From assembly GCA_023659935.1 (NCBI GenBank), contig JAGXOK010000003.1, positions 1 through 47,820 of the forward strand: 47,820 bases of DNA. The letters are read 5' to 3'. Made by a program: the position numbers and the translations under genes. Each line of letters opens with the position of its first letter. Positions within the stretch are counted from its first letter, which is position 1. The notes below the pieces were generated by a model. It was not told the DNA's origin. It did not search any database and saw only the letters and a program-made list of their open reading frames with translations. Source of the stretch: Candidatus Aenigmarchaeota archaeon LH_S6 (GTDB lineage: Archaea > Aenigmatarchaeota > Aenigmatarchaeia > QMZS01). Positions 19,134 to 29,400 of this stretch are shown here, piece after piece.

Positions 19134-19652
19134 TTAATCATATACTCTCTTGACCAAAGTTGAGCCACAGGCGTTTCTTATTAGGTTATATTGTTCAAAT
19201 TCGTTTTTTTTGGCAAAATTTGGGCTCTTGTCTGCCCACTTCTCCCTTAATTTGTCTATTCCAGATGTTCTACAGTCAGATTTAAGATATTTCATTGTTT
19301 CCAGGTCTTTTTCTAAAATTTCGGGTTTTGTCCAAGGATTTTGTGGCGGATTCTCTTCACTTTCCACACAGTTTGAGTACCATCTCGAACATTCTCTCTC
19401 AACTTCATCATAAACAAAAATAGTCTCTACCTCATTCATAAACTTCTCACATGTATTAACAAATTTTTCTGTCCCATACTTTACAACTTCTTCCGCAGTA
19501 AAAACCAAGGGATTTGCCATTCTCTCATATAACCCTTTTTTATCTGTTATTACTTTAATCATACCAAGTGCAGAGGTAATAACAAAAAGTAAAACTACAA
19601 CAAGAATAACTAATAAAACAGCATTTTTTGCACTTCCTTTCATCATTTGCAT
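19134..19652 (-). CDS. Pilin-like protein (class III-type signal)
   Basis: MMKG|SAKNAVLLVILVVVLLFVITSALGMI. Confidence 0.7.
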   Translation of the reverse strand: MQMMKGSAKNAVLLVILVVVLLFVITSALGMIKVITDKKGLYERMANPLVFTAEEVVKYGTEKFVNTCEKFMNEVETIFVYDEVERECSRWYSNCVESEENPPQNPWTKPEILEKDLETMKYLKSDCRTSGIDKLREKWADKSPNFAKKNEFEQYNLIRNACGSTLVKRVYD

Positions 19653-19906
19653 TTTGACATAAGAGCCCCAAGATTCTTACAATAAGATTTGCATTCTGAT
19701 ATTGTATTACATTCTGATATTAAACGGGAAGGAATTGGTTCTTCACAGTTCCACATTTCACAAACTGTCTTTAATTCAGTCTTATTTTGAAAATCAAATA
19801 TATATTGGCCCTGAAATTTAAAAATCAAAAAGCCACTCATAATAAAAACTAGAGTTACTAATATCAAAATTCCAAACAATATATTCCATTGCACACCTTT
19901 TATCAT
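19643..19906 (-). CDS. Small pilin-like protein with Cys-rich C-terminus
   Basis: MIKG|VQWNILFGILILVTLVFIMSGFLIF; CEMWNC...ECNTISECKSYCK. Confidence 0.7.
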   Translation of the reverse strand: MIKGVQWNILFGILILVTLVFIMSGFLIFKFQGQYIFDFQNKTELKTVCEMWNCEEPIPSRLISECNTISECKSYCKNLGALMSKCK

Positions 19907-19908
19907 AA

Positions 19909-20073
19909 TTAAGATAATATTCCTATAAATGGACTAAGCACACTTTGAATTATTTCAGTGATCTTATCTGTAATAGGTAAAAATCCTCCAGTTATAATCA
20001 TCATTGCTACAACAAAAATAATAATTAAAGCCACTATACCAAGAACTGGTGAGATATGGAAATCCCCTTTCAT
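19909..20073 (-). CDS. Small 54-aa Flp-sized pilin-like protein (missed by the ORF track)
   Basis: ATTATG start; MKG|DFHISPVLGIVALIIIFVVAMMIITGGFLPITDKITEIIQSVLSPFIGILS*. Fills the gap between its neighbours with 2-3 nt spacing. Confidence 0.75.
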   Translation of the reverse strand: MKGDFHISPVLGIVALIIIFVVAMMIITGGFLPITDKITEIIQSVLSPFIGILS

Positions 20074-20076
20074 AAT

Positions 20077-22638
20077 CTATTCATACAAATCTTTTATCTC
20101 CTCAATTATATTGTTCATTTCAAAAGATTTATTAAATTCTGAAGTAGCACAAATTTTACTCCAATCTCCCTTACAAGGATAGGTCCAGGGATTTCCTGAA
20201 GACTTGTCCCAGTCAACAATGTAAATCGGATTTGACCAGACTTCATCATAAACATTTCTCCATACATATGGGTTGTCTACTGAAACTATATTTTCTTCTT
20301 TAGTCAAATTCACAAATTTATCATAACCTACCTCAAATTTTTCTGGTCCAGTTATTGTATTAGTAATAAAGTCTTTAACTTCAGGAGGACTGCTAAATAA
20401 AGTGGCGTTTCCACCTGTTGGCTCAGAAATATTATAAAATAAATCTTTTAACTGGCTACTTATCCCTGTACTCCGGTTACCCCATAAACCAAAGATTGTC
20501 ACATTATTTTCTATTGCTGCATCCGCTGCTTTTTTTACAGAGGAACTATCATTTGTAGAACAAGAGACACCCCCACAAAAAGAGAATTCATCACTAGCAA
20601 CAAACAAAATTTTTGATAATATATCTTCTCTCCAAGAATGATTTTTTACAGCCCATTCTGCTCCTGGACCCCAACTTTCCATATAACAGTTACTATCACT
20701 ACAATCAAGAGACAAACCCAAATCTGAATTTATATCCGAACAATTGAGTAAAACATAAGGACAAGATGGGGTAACACCTATACGTTTACTTTTTTCACCA
20801 AGAGCATATAAAGTAATATTTAATTTGTAATCCTCTTCCTCAAGTTCTACTTTTATATCATCTATAATATCACATAAAGTATCCCACTCACCATCCATAC
20901 TCCCACTTGTATCAGTAACAAAAACCAAATCCACAGTTTTCTGGAAAGTTATAAACTCTGGCTTATTGTACTGTCTCGCAGCCCATTCACAACCTTCCTG
21001 GCATTTTGTAATTTTTGTTCCATTTCCATAATACCCATCCCTTGAAGCGCAGAAAGTTTTGCACAGAACAAAAGGATTATCTAACTCTGAATCTGTTCTG
21101 TGGGTTGTTGAGCAGTTACATCTTTTGTCACAATCATTTTCATCTTTGCATTTATTATCTTCTCCTTTACACCCTATATCACTATATTCACAAACTTCAT
21201 CACAGCACTGACTATAACAACAATAATTATTTGGATTATAGCAACTTTCTCCTGGATGAGGTTCTTTTGTTGTAATTGTTGCCACAGCCCAAGCAAGACC
21301 TCTGTAATCTGGTTTTAAATCTAAATTACCAATTTTAAAAGTTGAATAATTTCCCGTCTTTATCTGGAAGGTTGATTTCTCTATTTTAAGGAATTTTTCA
21401 CAACCATGTTTTTGGTCATCACCTGTTAAAACCGATTCTTCCTCACAGAAGAGATAATTTGCCAGGTCAAACTCTTTATCTTTAAAAGTATCATTACAAT
21501 AATAACAACCGCATTTATCTTCACAATCTTTAGCATTTCCTGTTTCAACAAAACAGTCCCTGTAGCAGTTCATCTCTTTTCCTTTTTTACAACCAAGAAT
21601 ACAGTTTCCAGAATCTCCCTCAAAATCTTCACTATTACAATAGTTTTCACAGATTTTTGAAGAATCTTCATCATAATATCTCTGTTCTGTGTAGCAATCA
21701 CATTCTATTCTGCAATCACTTTCAGTACCTGCAGTTCTACAATCTTTATAACAATCCCAATTATCCCCAATATAACAACTTCTTTCTCTTCCAGCAATTT
21801 TGTTAGATGGCTGGTCATCAAGAAAAGAAACAAAATTCTTACAACCCTCTTTTTTATCATGATTTAAATTATCACAATCATCAGCTTTTTCAGCATTCAA
21901 GTTTGCAAATTTACAACCTTCTTCGCAACTTATTTGTTCTTTACCTTCATAATCATCACCACATTCTTCTTTGCACCTTGATAAAGGAGAAGTAGAATTA
22001 AAAATCCTTGCACTAACTTTTTCAACAGTTTTTTCTCCTCTTAATTTGATTCCACCATACAAAGAAAGTTTTGGTTTTTTTCCGGGTTCAACAACAATAA
22101 CAGAAGGCTGCCCTCTTATTTCTACAAAACTCTGTTTTTCCAAATCTTTCCCGATACTTGATTTATATTCCGTTCCAAAATCAAGACTCCTTCTTTCTGT
22201 TAAAAAATCTTTTCCTTCCCATCCTGGTACATCTTTATCCAAACAAAGACAGCCTGGTCTGAGGAAGTTATAGCAGTAGCCATTTAACTTGATTCCATGA
22301 GGTAAAGAGTCATTAATATCTTGCCATTCTATTTCTTTATCCTCGCCAGAAAAACCCTGCTTTTTTTCTACAATGAAACAATTATCCCACATAGTTTTGT
22401 TTTCGGTTTTTAAATTTCCTTTTAGATTCTTAAAATCGGTTTTATCTATATCAGGGGGAATAAAACAACCCAAAGAAACTCTGTCAGAAACAATAATATC
22501 TGTTCTTTCTCTAACATCCTCCAAAAAAGGGATATCTTCAGATTTATTTTTAATTTCACCCCAGAAATAAACACATATAACCAAGACTGTAAGAGCAAAA
22601 ACTACTGAAAACAAAATCAAGAAAGTTGTCCGTTTCAT
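20077..22638 (-). CDS. Membrane-anchored Cys-rich protein with C-terminal vWA domain (853 aa)
   Basis: N-terminal TM segment; repeated CxxxC...CxxGC motifs; MIDAS VDLVFVTDTSGSMDGE, later LFVASDE and ISEPTGG. Confidence 0.85.
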   Translation of the reverse strand: MKRTTFLILFSVVFALTVLVICVYFWGEIKNKSEDIPFLEDVRERTDIIVSDRVSLGCFIPPDIDKTDFKNLKGNLKTENKTMWDNCFIVEKKQGFSGEDKEIEWQDINDSLPHGIKLNGYCYNFLRPGCLCLDKDVPGWEGKDFLTERRSLDFGTEYKSSIGKDLEKQSFVEIRGQPSVIVVEPGKKPKLSLYGGIKLRGEKTVEKVSARIFNSTSPLSRCKEECGDDYEGKEQISCEEGCKFANLNAEKADDCDNLNHDKKEGCKNFVSFLDDQPSNKIAGRERSCYIGDNWDCYKDCRTAGTESDCRIECDCYTEQRYYDEDSSKICENYCNSEDFEGDSGNCILGCKKGKEMNCYRDCFVETGNAKDCEDKCGCYYCNDTFKDKEFDLANYLFCEEESVLTGDDQKHGCEKFLKIEKSTFQIKTGNYSTFKIGNLDLKPDYRGLAWAVATITTKEPHPGESCYNPNNYCCYSQCCDEVCEYSDIGCKGEDNKCKDENDCDKRCNCSTTHRTDSELDNPFVLCKTFCASRDGYYGNGTKITKCQEGCEWAARQYNKPEFITFQKTVDLVFVTDTSGSMDGEWDTLCDIIDDIKVELEEEDYKLNITLYALGEKSKRIGVTPSCPYVLLNCSDINSDLGLSLDCSDSNCYMESWGPGAEWAVKNHSWREDILSKILFVASDEFSFCGGVSCSTNDSSSVKKAADAAIENNVTIFGLWGNRSTGISSQLKDLFYNISEPTGGNATLFSSPPEVKDFITNTITGPEKFEVGYDKFVNLTKEENIVSVDNPYVWRNVYDEVWSNPIYIVDWDKSSGNPWTYPCKGDWSKICATSEFNKSFEMNNIIEEIKDLYE

Positions 22639-22826
22639 GTGAAGAGAAGGCTTGACATAGCGCCTTTGGTGAGAGAAAGAAATACAGAGACGATATTATT
22701 AAGAAAATCAAAAGCGAGTTGTCCTTTCCCTGTCATAAGAGCAAGTAATATAATGAGAGGTAATAAACAAATAATAAAATAAATAACATATTTAGGGATA
22801 TCTATTCCTTTCATTTTGTATTCCAT
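22635..22826 (-). CDS. Small pilin-like protein (class III-type signal)
   Basis: MKG|IDIPKYVIYFIICLLPLIILLALM. First gene of the run. Confidence 0.7.
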   Translation of the reverse strand: MEYKMKGIDIPKYVIYFIICLLPLIILLALMTGKGQLAFDFLNNIVSVFLSLTKGAMSSLLFT

Positions 22827-22891
22827 TATTTAATTAATTTTTTAATATAAATCTCTACAGCAGTTTTAACCTGATTAAAACAAACCTTGTT

Positions 22892-22904
22892 AAAAACTTA
22901 TATT
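22892..22904 (+). promoter_or_regulatory. Probable BRE/TATA box of ndk
   Basis: AAAAAC-TTATATT about 28-33 nt upstream of the ATG; no SD motif. Confidence 0.45.
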
Positions 22905-22930
22905 AGTTAATTCTTTTTTTGGATTAATTT

Positions 22931-23413
22931 ATGGCAATAGAGAGAACTTTTGTGGCAGTAAAGCCAGACGGTGTGAGGAGAGGTTTAATTGGAGATATTA
23001 TAAAAAGATTTGAGCAGAGGGGTCTAAAAATTGTTGGTTTTAAAATGATTTGGGCTGACGAAAAATTCGCAGCTGAGCATTATTTTGAACATAAAGATAA
23101 ACCTTTTTTTGGAAATTTGAAAGAATATCTGAAAAGTGGCCCTATTGTTGCAGCAGTAGTAGAAGGAGCTGATGCGATAGATGTCGTAAGAAAAATTGTG
23201 GGTCCAACTTCAGGAGATGTTGCTCCACCTGGAACAATAAGAGGAGATTTTGGACATATGGGAATAAAACATGCTGATGGAAAAGGTAGAATCTATTTCA
23301 ATTTAGTTCATGCTTCTGACAAAAAAGAAACCGCTGAAAGAGAAATTAAATTATGGTTCAAACCAGAAGAATTGCATAGCTACAAAAGGGTAGATGAAGA
23401 AGAAGTTATGTAA
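22931..23413 (+). CDS. ndk: Nucleoside diphosphate kinase
   Basis: ERTFVAVKPDGVRRGLIGDII, PPGTIRGDF, catalytic NLVHASD. Confidence 0.98.
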   Translation: MAIERTFVAVKPDGVRRGLIGDIIKRFEQRGLKIVGFKMIWADEKFAAEHYFEHKDKPFFGNLKEYLKSGPIVAAVVEGADAIDVVRKIVGPTSGDVAPPGTIRGDFGHMGIKHADGKGRIYFNLVHASDKKETAEREIKLWFKPEELHSYKRVDEEEVM

Positions 23414-23421
23414 AGAGTAGG

Positions 23422-26400
23422 CTAAACCTTAATTTCTACATACATTTGTCCAATCATAGATTTACATAAAACTCCTGTTATTGTATTTTCACCCTCCTTA
23501 AGTTCCTTATTACTGAAAATATAAATATCTCCTGTTTCATCTCTTATTTTATAAATAAACTCTTCTTTGGAGGTCTTCTGAATAAATGAAACTTCACCTT
23601 TGAGTGTTACTTCTCTATTAACAAATTTAGGATCACTTATCATTTGTTTTATTTTGAGTTTTTTCCTTTTTATATTAACTTTATCTTTTAGTTTTATTTT
23701 TCCAAATTTATGTTTTAATTTTGTTACCAAACCTTTTAAGTATCTAAAAAAAGAAACAGGTAAAGATATAATCCAGATTAACAAAGCAGTTGGAACTAAT
23801 TTTTCTTTTAAAAGAGATTCCTTATTTTCTTTTTTCCCTCTTATTTTCCCCCTAACCTCAAAAATCGTTTGTTGGGTTTTGACTAAAATATCTTTAAATG
23901 TTTTTTCATTAATTTTCCTTAAAAAATATTTTTTTTCTGTTTCTTTTCTTGAATTTACAAGTCCCTGCTTTTTTTCTTCCAAGCTCCTTATTTCCCTACT
24001 AAGTCTAAAATGAGGATAAATAATTTGAGTTATTAAATAAGAGAATATTAAGGTAAGAATCACTAGTAAAATTAAGCTCCATTTGTTTTCGAGTAGGAAC
24101 TTTTTTATTTTTAAGGTCAAAAGTTTGTTCTCTATATAACCAACTTTTAAGTTAATTTCATCTGTCTGTTTTTTTAGGTTATCTAGACTATCTGTTTTTA
24201 TGCTTAAAGTTGAATTCTCAATAAGTGTTTTTATTTCTCTTATTTTTATCTCTAAATCAGTAACATCAACTCCAGTTTCTTTATATTTCTTTATTTCTTC
24301 TTCTAATTTTGGTAATTTATTTTTAATTGATTTTAAATAAGAAATAGAAGGATTTTCTTTAACAACTATTCTCAAATTTTCTTCTTTCTCTACTCCCTCA
24401 CTTTCTACCTTAAACTTTATTGAATACTCTCCTGCCCCTTGAGAAAGATTGGGATGAACTAAAATTGGTAATACTTTTGTTTCCTTTTTCTCAAGTTCTA
24501 AACTCTTGGTATAATTTAAATCACAACATTCTTTCTCTGCTGAAATTGTTAAAGAAAGTTTTGCTCCTCCTATATTCTCAAGTTTTATTGAATCTTTTTT
24601 TGTTTTTCCCTGGTCAATTTCTAGTATTTCTTGATCAATTGAAATTCTAAAATCTTTTTCTGGTATACAAACAGGATTATAAACACATTGTTTTTCTGCT
24701 GAACAACCAGCTGGATTACATACTCTTGTTTGATACTTCTCTGTTGCGGAGCAGTTAGATAAACCACAGCCTTTATCTTTCCACTCTGTGCAGGTACAAT
24801 TAGTTATTCCTGGAACACCACCATTGCCCCCAGTAGTGGTCTCACCGCCTGTTTTGCTTTCCCCCTCTGGGGTTTTGGTTGTTGTGAACATCCTCCCTGT
24901 ATACCCAAGATTTCCACCAAAATAAGAACTTGAATAAACAAAAATTTCAAAGTTCTCGTTTGGAGCTGTAAAGATAGAACTGCCTTTATAACGTCCTGTT
25001 TCTGAATCAAAAGTTAATCTTGCATAATCTTTAGTGCACTTTGGACAATAAGCAGTCACAGCAGCACCCTCTACAACTTCACTGTGCATATCTACTACAG
25101 AGACATTCATATCTACTCCTGTATTTGGAGGATAGTACCCTGTTTCCGGGTAAATAATTTCTGTAGGAATTTCTTCAGAGACAACAAAACTCTCATCGTA
25201 TTCTCCTTTATTTCCATTTTTCTTTACATTTACATAAATTATATAATCTGTAGAAGCAGCACTTGTTTTGTCAGCTCCAGGCTCATCTTCTGGTTCTATC
25301 TGATAACTTCCAAAGTTTGTAATAGTATTGTTAACTAAGGTAACATTCTCACCATCCTTGTTAAGTATTAAAGTTAGATTAAATCCTTCTACAGATAAAT
25401 TTCTAACATCTTTTACAGATACATTGAAATCTATTTTATCTCCTTTGTTGTAAGGATTGTAGGTAAGTGTAACTGTTTCATATTTATTTGTTACATTAAA
25501 TTCCTCTGTTGTTGTATTTGTACACTTACCAGCAAGATTACAAGAATAAATTTTAAATTCGTAAGTTCCATTTTCAGTTGTTCCATTAAAGTTTATCTCA
25601 TACAAATTATTTGGGTTTAAAGTTGCAGAGATATTATTCTTGGTAGTATTATACGGCCATGTTACTTCAACAGAAACATTCTTTATCGCTGTTTCATTTT
25701 CTGTTGTATTTATTACAAATTTATTTATATTATTCAAATTTGTCTTATTATAATAGTTAAATTTGTTTATTTCTGGAGGGGTATTATCATTTTGAATTAC
25801 GCTAATATTTATACTTTTGCTTTTGCTTTCATTCAGATTTGGAGAATAAGCTGTTATATTTATCGTTGTAGTTCCATTCGCTGTTGAATCAATTGGGAAA
25901 AATACTCCCTTACCCTGATAATTGTCTTTCCATAAAATATCCCCTATATTACTTGTTTTATTTGTTGAGTTTATAATGATTTCATTTTCTATGGATATGT
26001 TTACAGATATATTTAATAAATCACCCTTGTTAGGAACAATAAATATTGGGAGATCGTAACTTGTGTTTTCTACAAGAGTTCTGTCTTCAGCATTTATTGA
26101 AATGTTTCCATAAGATACATTAAAGTTCGCCTGCTCTGTTTTATTGATTTTTGAACTTAATATTACTGTTGTATTTACAGAGTAATTTCCAGAAAGATCA
26201 ATATTTGAATAATTTCCATTATAAAGATAGATGTTGTTGGTCTCATTTTCAAAATTAAAATTTATAGTTTCAATTGAATTATCTGGTTTTGAAATTTTTG
26301 CTTCCACTTTAGAGATTGCGGAAGCATTTCCTGATATATTTGCGGAAAAAATTTGGGTTTTATTTATTTCTATTGATTGATTAGAGAGGGAAGAACTCAG

Positions 26401-29400
26401 GTTTAATTCAATAATTTCAAAGAAATCTGTTAAGTTAACTTCTTCCAAATTTCCAGAGGTATCATTCAGATAAATTTTTGTTATATTATAAGTTCCTAGA
26501 TTATCGGTTTTATTTGTAAATTTCCAAATATCAAATTCTGTATATTGGCTTTCTAAGTTTAAACTTTTATTTGTATAATTACTATTATTAAATATTTCAG
26601 CAAAAACATTTTCTATTTCAACATTATCTTTTGCCTTAACAAAATATTCTACTGTCTCATTTTTGTTGAAACTCTTGTTTATTGAAGTATTTATATCTGA
26701 AATAAAATTATCTAGGTTTGAGCTCCAAGATTTCCCTAAAAGTTCTGGTAGTTTTATATCTTCAACTTTAACTTTGTAACTTTTTGTTGTTGTATAATTT
26801 CCTGTACCCTCTTCTACTCTTATATTTAATGTATAGATCCCTACATCTGATATATTGAAATCAACTTCTGTATAATTCGAGGAATCTGATTCCAAGTCTC
26901 CTAAAGATACACTTTTTTCCTTTATACCTGAACTTAAATTAAATAAAACATTATAAGCCTCTCCTGTATGATTTGTAAGATTTTCATTTTTTATCGTAAA
27001 ATTTAAATAAAATCCTCTACTCTGATTCACAATACAAGTTTTTTCATTGAAAGAATTGCACCTGTTACAGGTTATATTGGTAATATTTAATAGAGGTGTT
27101 TTTATCTTTGTTGTCTCTGAATAATTTTTTCCTAGAAATTCCAGATTCCAGGTTGAATTTAAATCTTGGCTTGGAGTTCCTACACTTATACTTGTATTTA
27201 ACTTTAATCCGGTTATATTCTGACCGACTGTTACGTTTGGGTTACTAAAATTACAATTTACACAATTCCAAGAGGTGAGGTTGCTATAATAATCTGAATC
27301 TGGAATATATAAAGTTAAGTTCTGATTTGAAACTGTTTTGTTGAAATTGAAAGTTAAATTAAAACTTGAATCTCTTCCAGCGTCAATTTCATTATTTTCT
27401 CCAAAATCTATTTCAACTGATGGTTCAACAACTTTAAAACTTAAATTTAATTCGGTTTCATTTAAGTTTCCTAAGGAATCATTTGCAAATACCTTTGTGA
27501 TATTATATAAACCTATTTCTGTTGGAGTTATTGAGGTAGTCCAAGTTCCATTTGTTTGATCTCCACTTTTTAAATCTAGTATTTTTATTTCACTTGTAGA
27601 ACTATTTGTTATGTTAACTGAAACTTTGCTCACCTCTCTTAAATCAGTAATATCTGTAGAAAAATTAACTGAGTCCCCAAGATAAATTCTACTATCATTA
27701 AAATTCTGATCCTCTGATATATTTATTATGCAATCTCTTATCTCTGGAGGTTTCTTATCAATTCTTATCAAAGAAGAGTTTTTTATTGTTTCGTTATTTC
27801 CTGCTTTGTCTAAACTGTAATAGCTAATATATTTTTCACAGATTTCTCCTTCTTCACAAGTTATATTTATTTTAGTAGTGTCATTGTAAGTAACATTAAG
27901 AGTACAAGTTTCAGATTTGTTTGCAATACAATAGTAAGTAGAATTGCAGCCTGAACCTTCATCTGAGCAAGTTAATTCTATTGTTTGGTTTTTTCCATAC
28001 CAAGGTTCACTTACACTTGAGTTATCTGTTGTGTTTGGAACTTGTTTATCAATTCTTATTTCCTCTGAAGTTTTTATATTTTCTAAGTTTCCTAAAGTAT
28101 CATTACTTCTATACCTTATGTAATTTTTACAAACATATCCTTCATTGCAACCAATTTTTATTTTATTTGTATTGTTGTAAATATCTGTTGGCTCACAAGT
28201 TCCTGAGGTATCAACACAGTATGAAGTTGTGTTGCAGCCTGAGCCTGAATCTGAGCAATTTAATTCTATTGTTTGGTTTTTATTTGTCCATTCTGAGGAA
28301 GAATTGTCTGTTGTGTTTGGAGCTTGTTTGTCAATCAAAATTAAATTTGATTTATTTACATTTTCTTGATTTCCTACTGTGTCATTAGAATGATAAAAAA
28401 CTGTTTTGTTACAGGTATTATCTTCTGAACAACTAACTTCTACTGGATTTTGGTAATTTTGATTTGGTGTGCAATTTCCATCTGAGTTATTTATACAATA
28501 CAAAGTTTTATCACATCCTGAACCAGAAGTTCCATCAGATAAATTTGGATCTAAACAAGTTAAATTAACAATTTTATTCTGTTTAAACCAAGTACTGTTC
28601 CAAGTTGAATTTGTACTATCTGTTGTGTTTGGAGCTACTCTATCCACTGAAAACCAATTTAAGTCTGTTCCCTCATTTCCATTGGTCTGATTAGCATAAA
28701 AACTTAGGTTGTATTTCCCATCCGACCAATCAGAGATATTTATAAAATCGGTGAAAGAGAATTCTGCCTGATTTGTAGCAGTTGAGTTATTGGCTGCAGT
28801 ATCTCCTGTTGAATTTGTTATGTTATAAGAGGCAAAAGAAAGATTATTATTAGAGGTTGCAACTGCAGTTAAATTTAAATCAAAACTTTGATTTAGATAA
28901 ATCATTTTAGGATAATAAATAACAACGGAAGGTAAAGAGTTATCAACAGTAAAATTTCTGCTAGTATTATATTTTGGATTCCCTAAAGAATCATTTGCTG
29001 AAACAAGAAAAGTAACATTTTCCCTTTCTGAAATATCTGCTGTGCTATTCCAAGTTGTATCAAAATCCCCAGTTAAATTTCCTTCATCAAAAACTTGGCT
29101 TTTGTTTGTTTTGTTCACAATTTTATACCAAGATTCATTTACTCCAACATCTTCTGTTATTGTTGTTTCTAAACTTACAATTCCAGATTTTGTTTCATTT
29201 TCTTCGGGACTATCTATCGAAATTTCAGGAGGTTTTTTATCAATTTTTATTTGATTTGAGGTTTCTATATCTTCTAAATTTCCAAGAGAATCATTACTTC
29301 TATACCTTATGTAGTTTTTACAAACTTCCCCCTCATTGCAACCAATTTCTATTTTATTTGTACTACTATAAGTTATATTTGGTGTACAAGTTCCAGTTGT

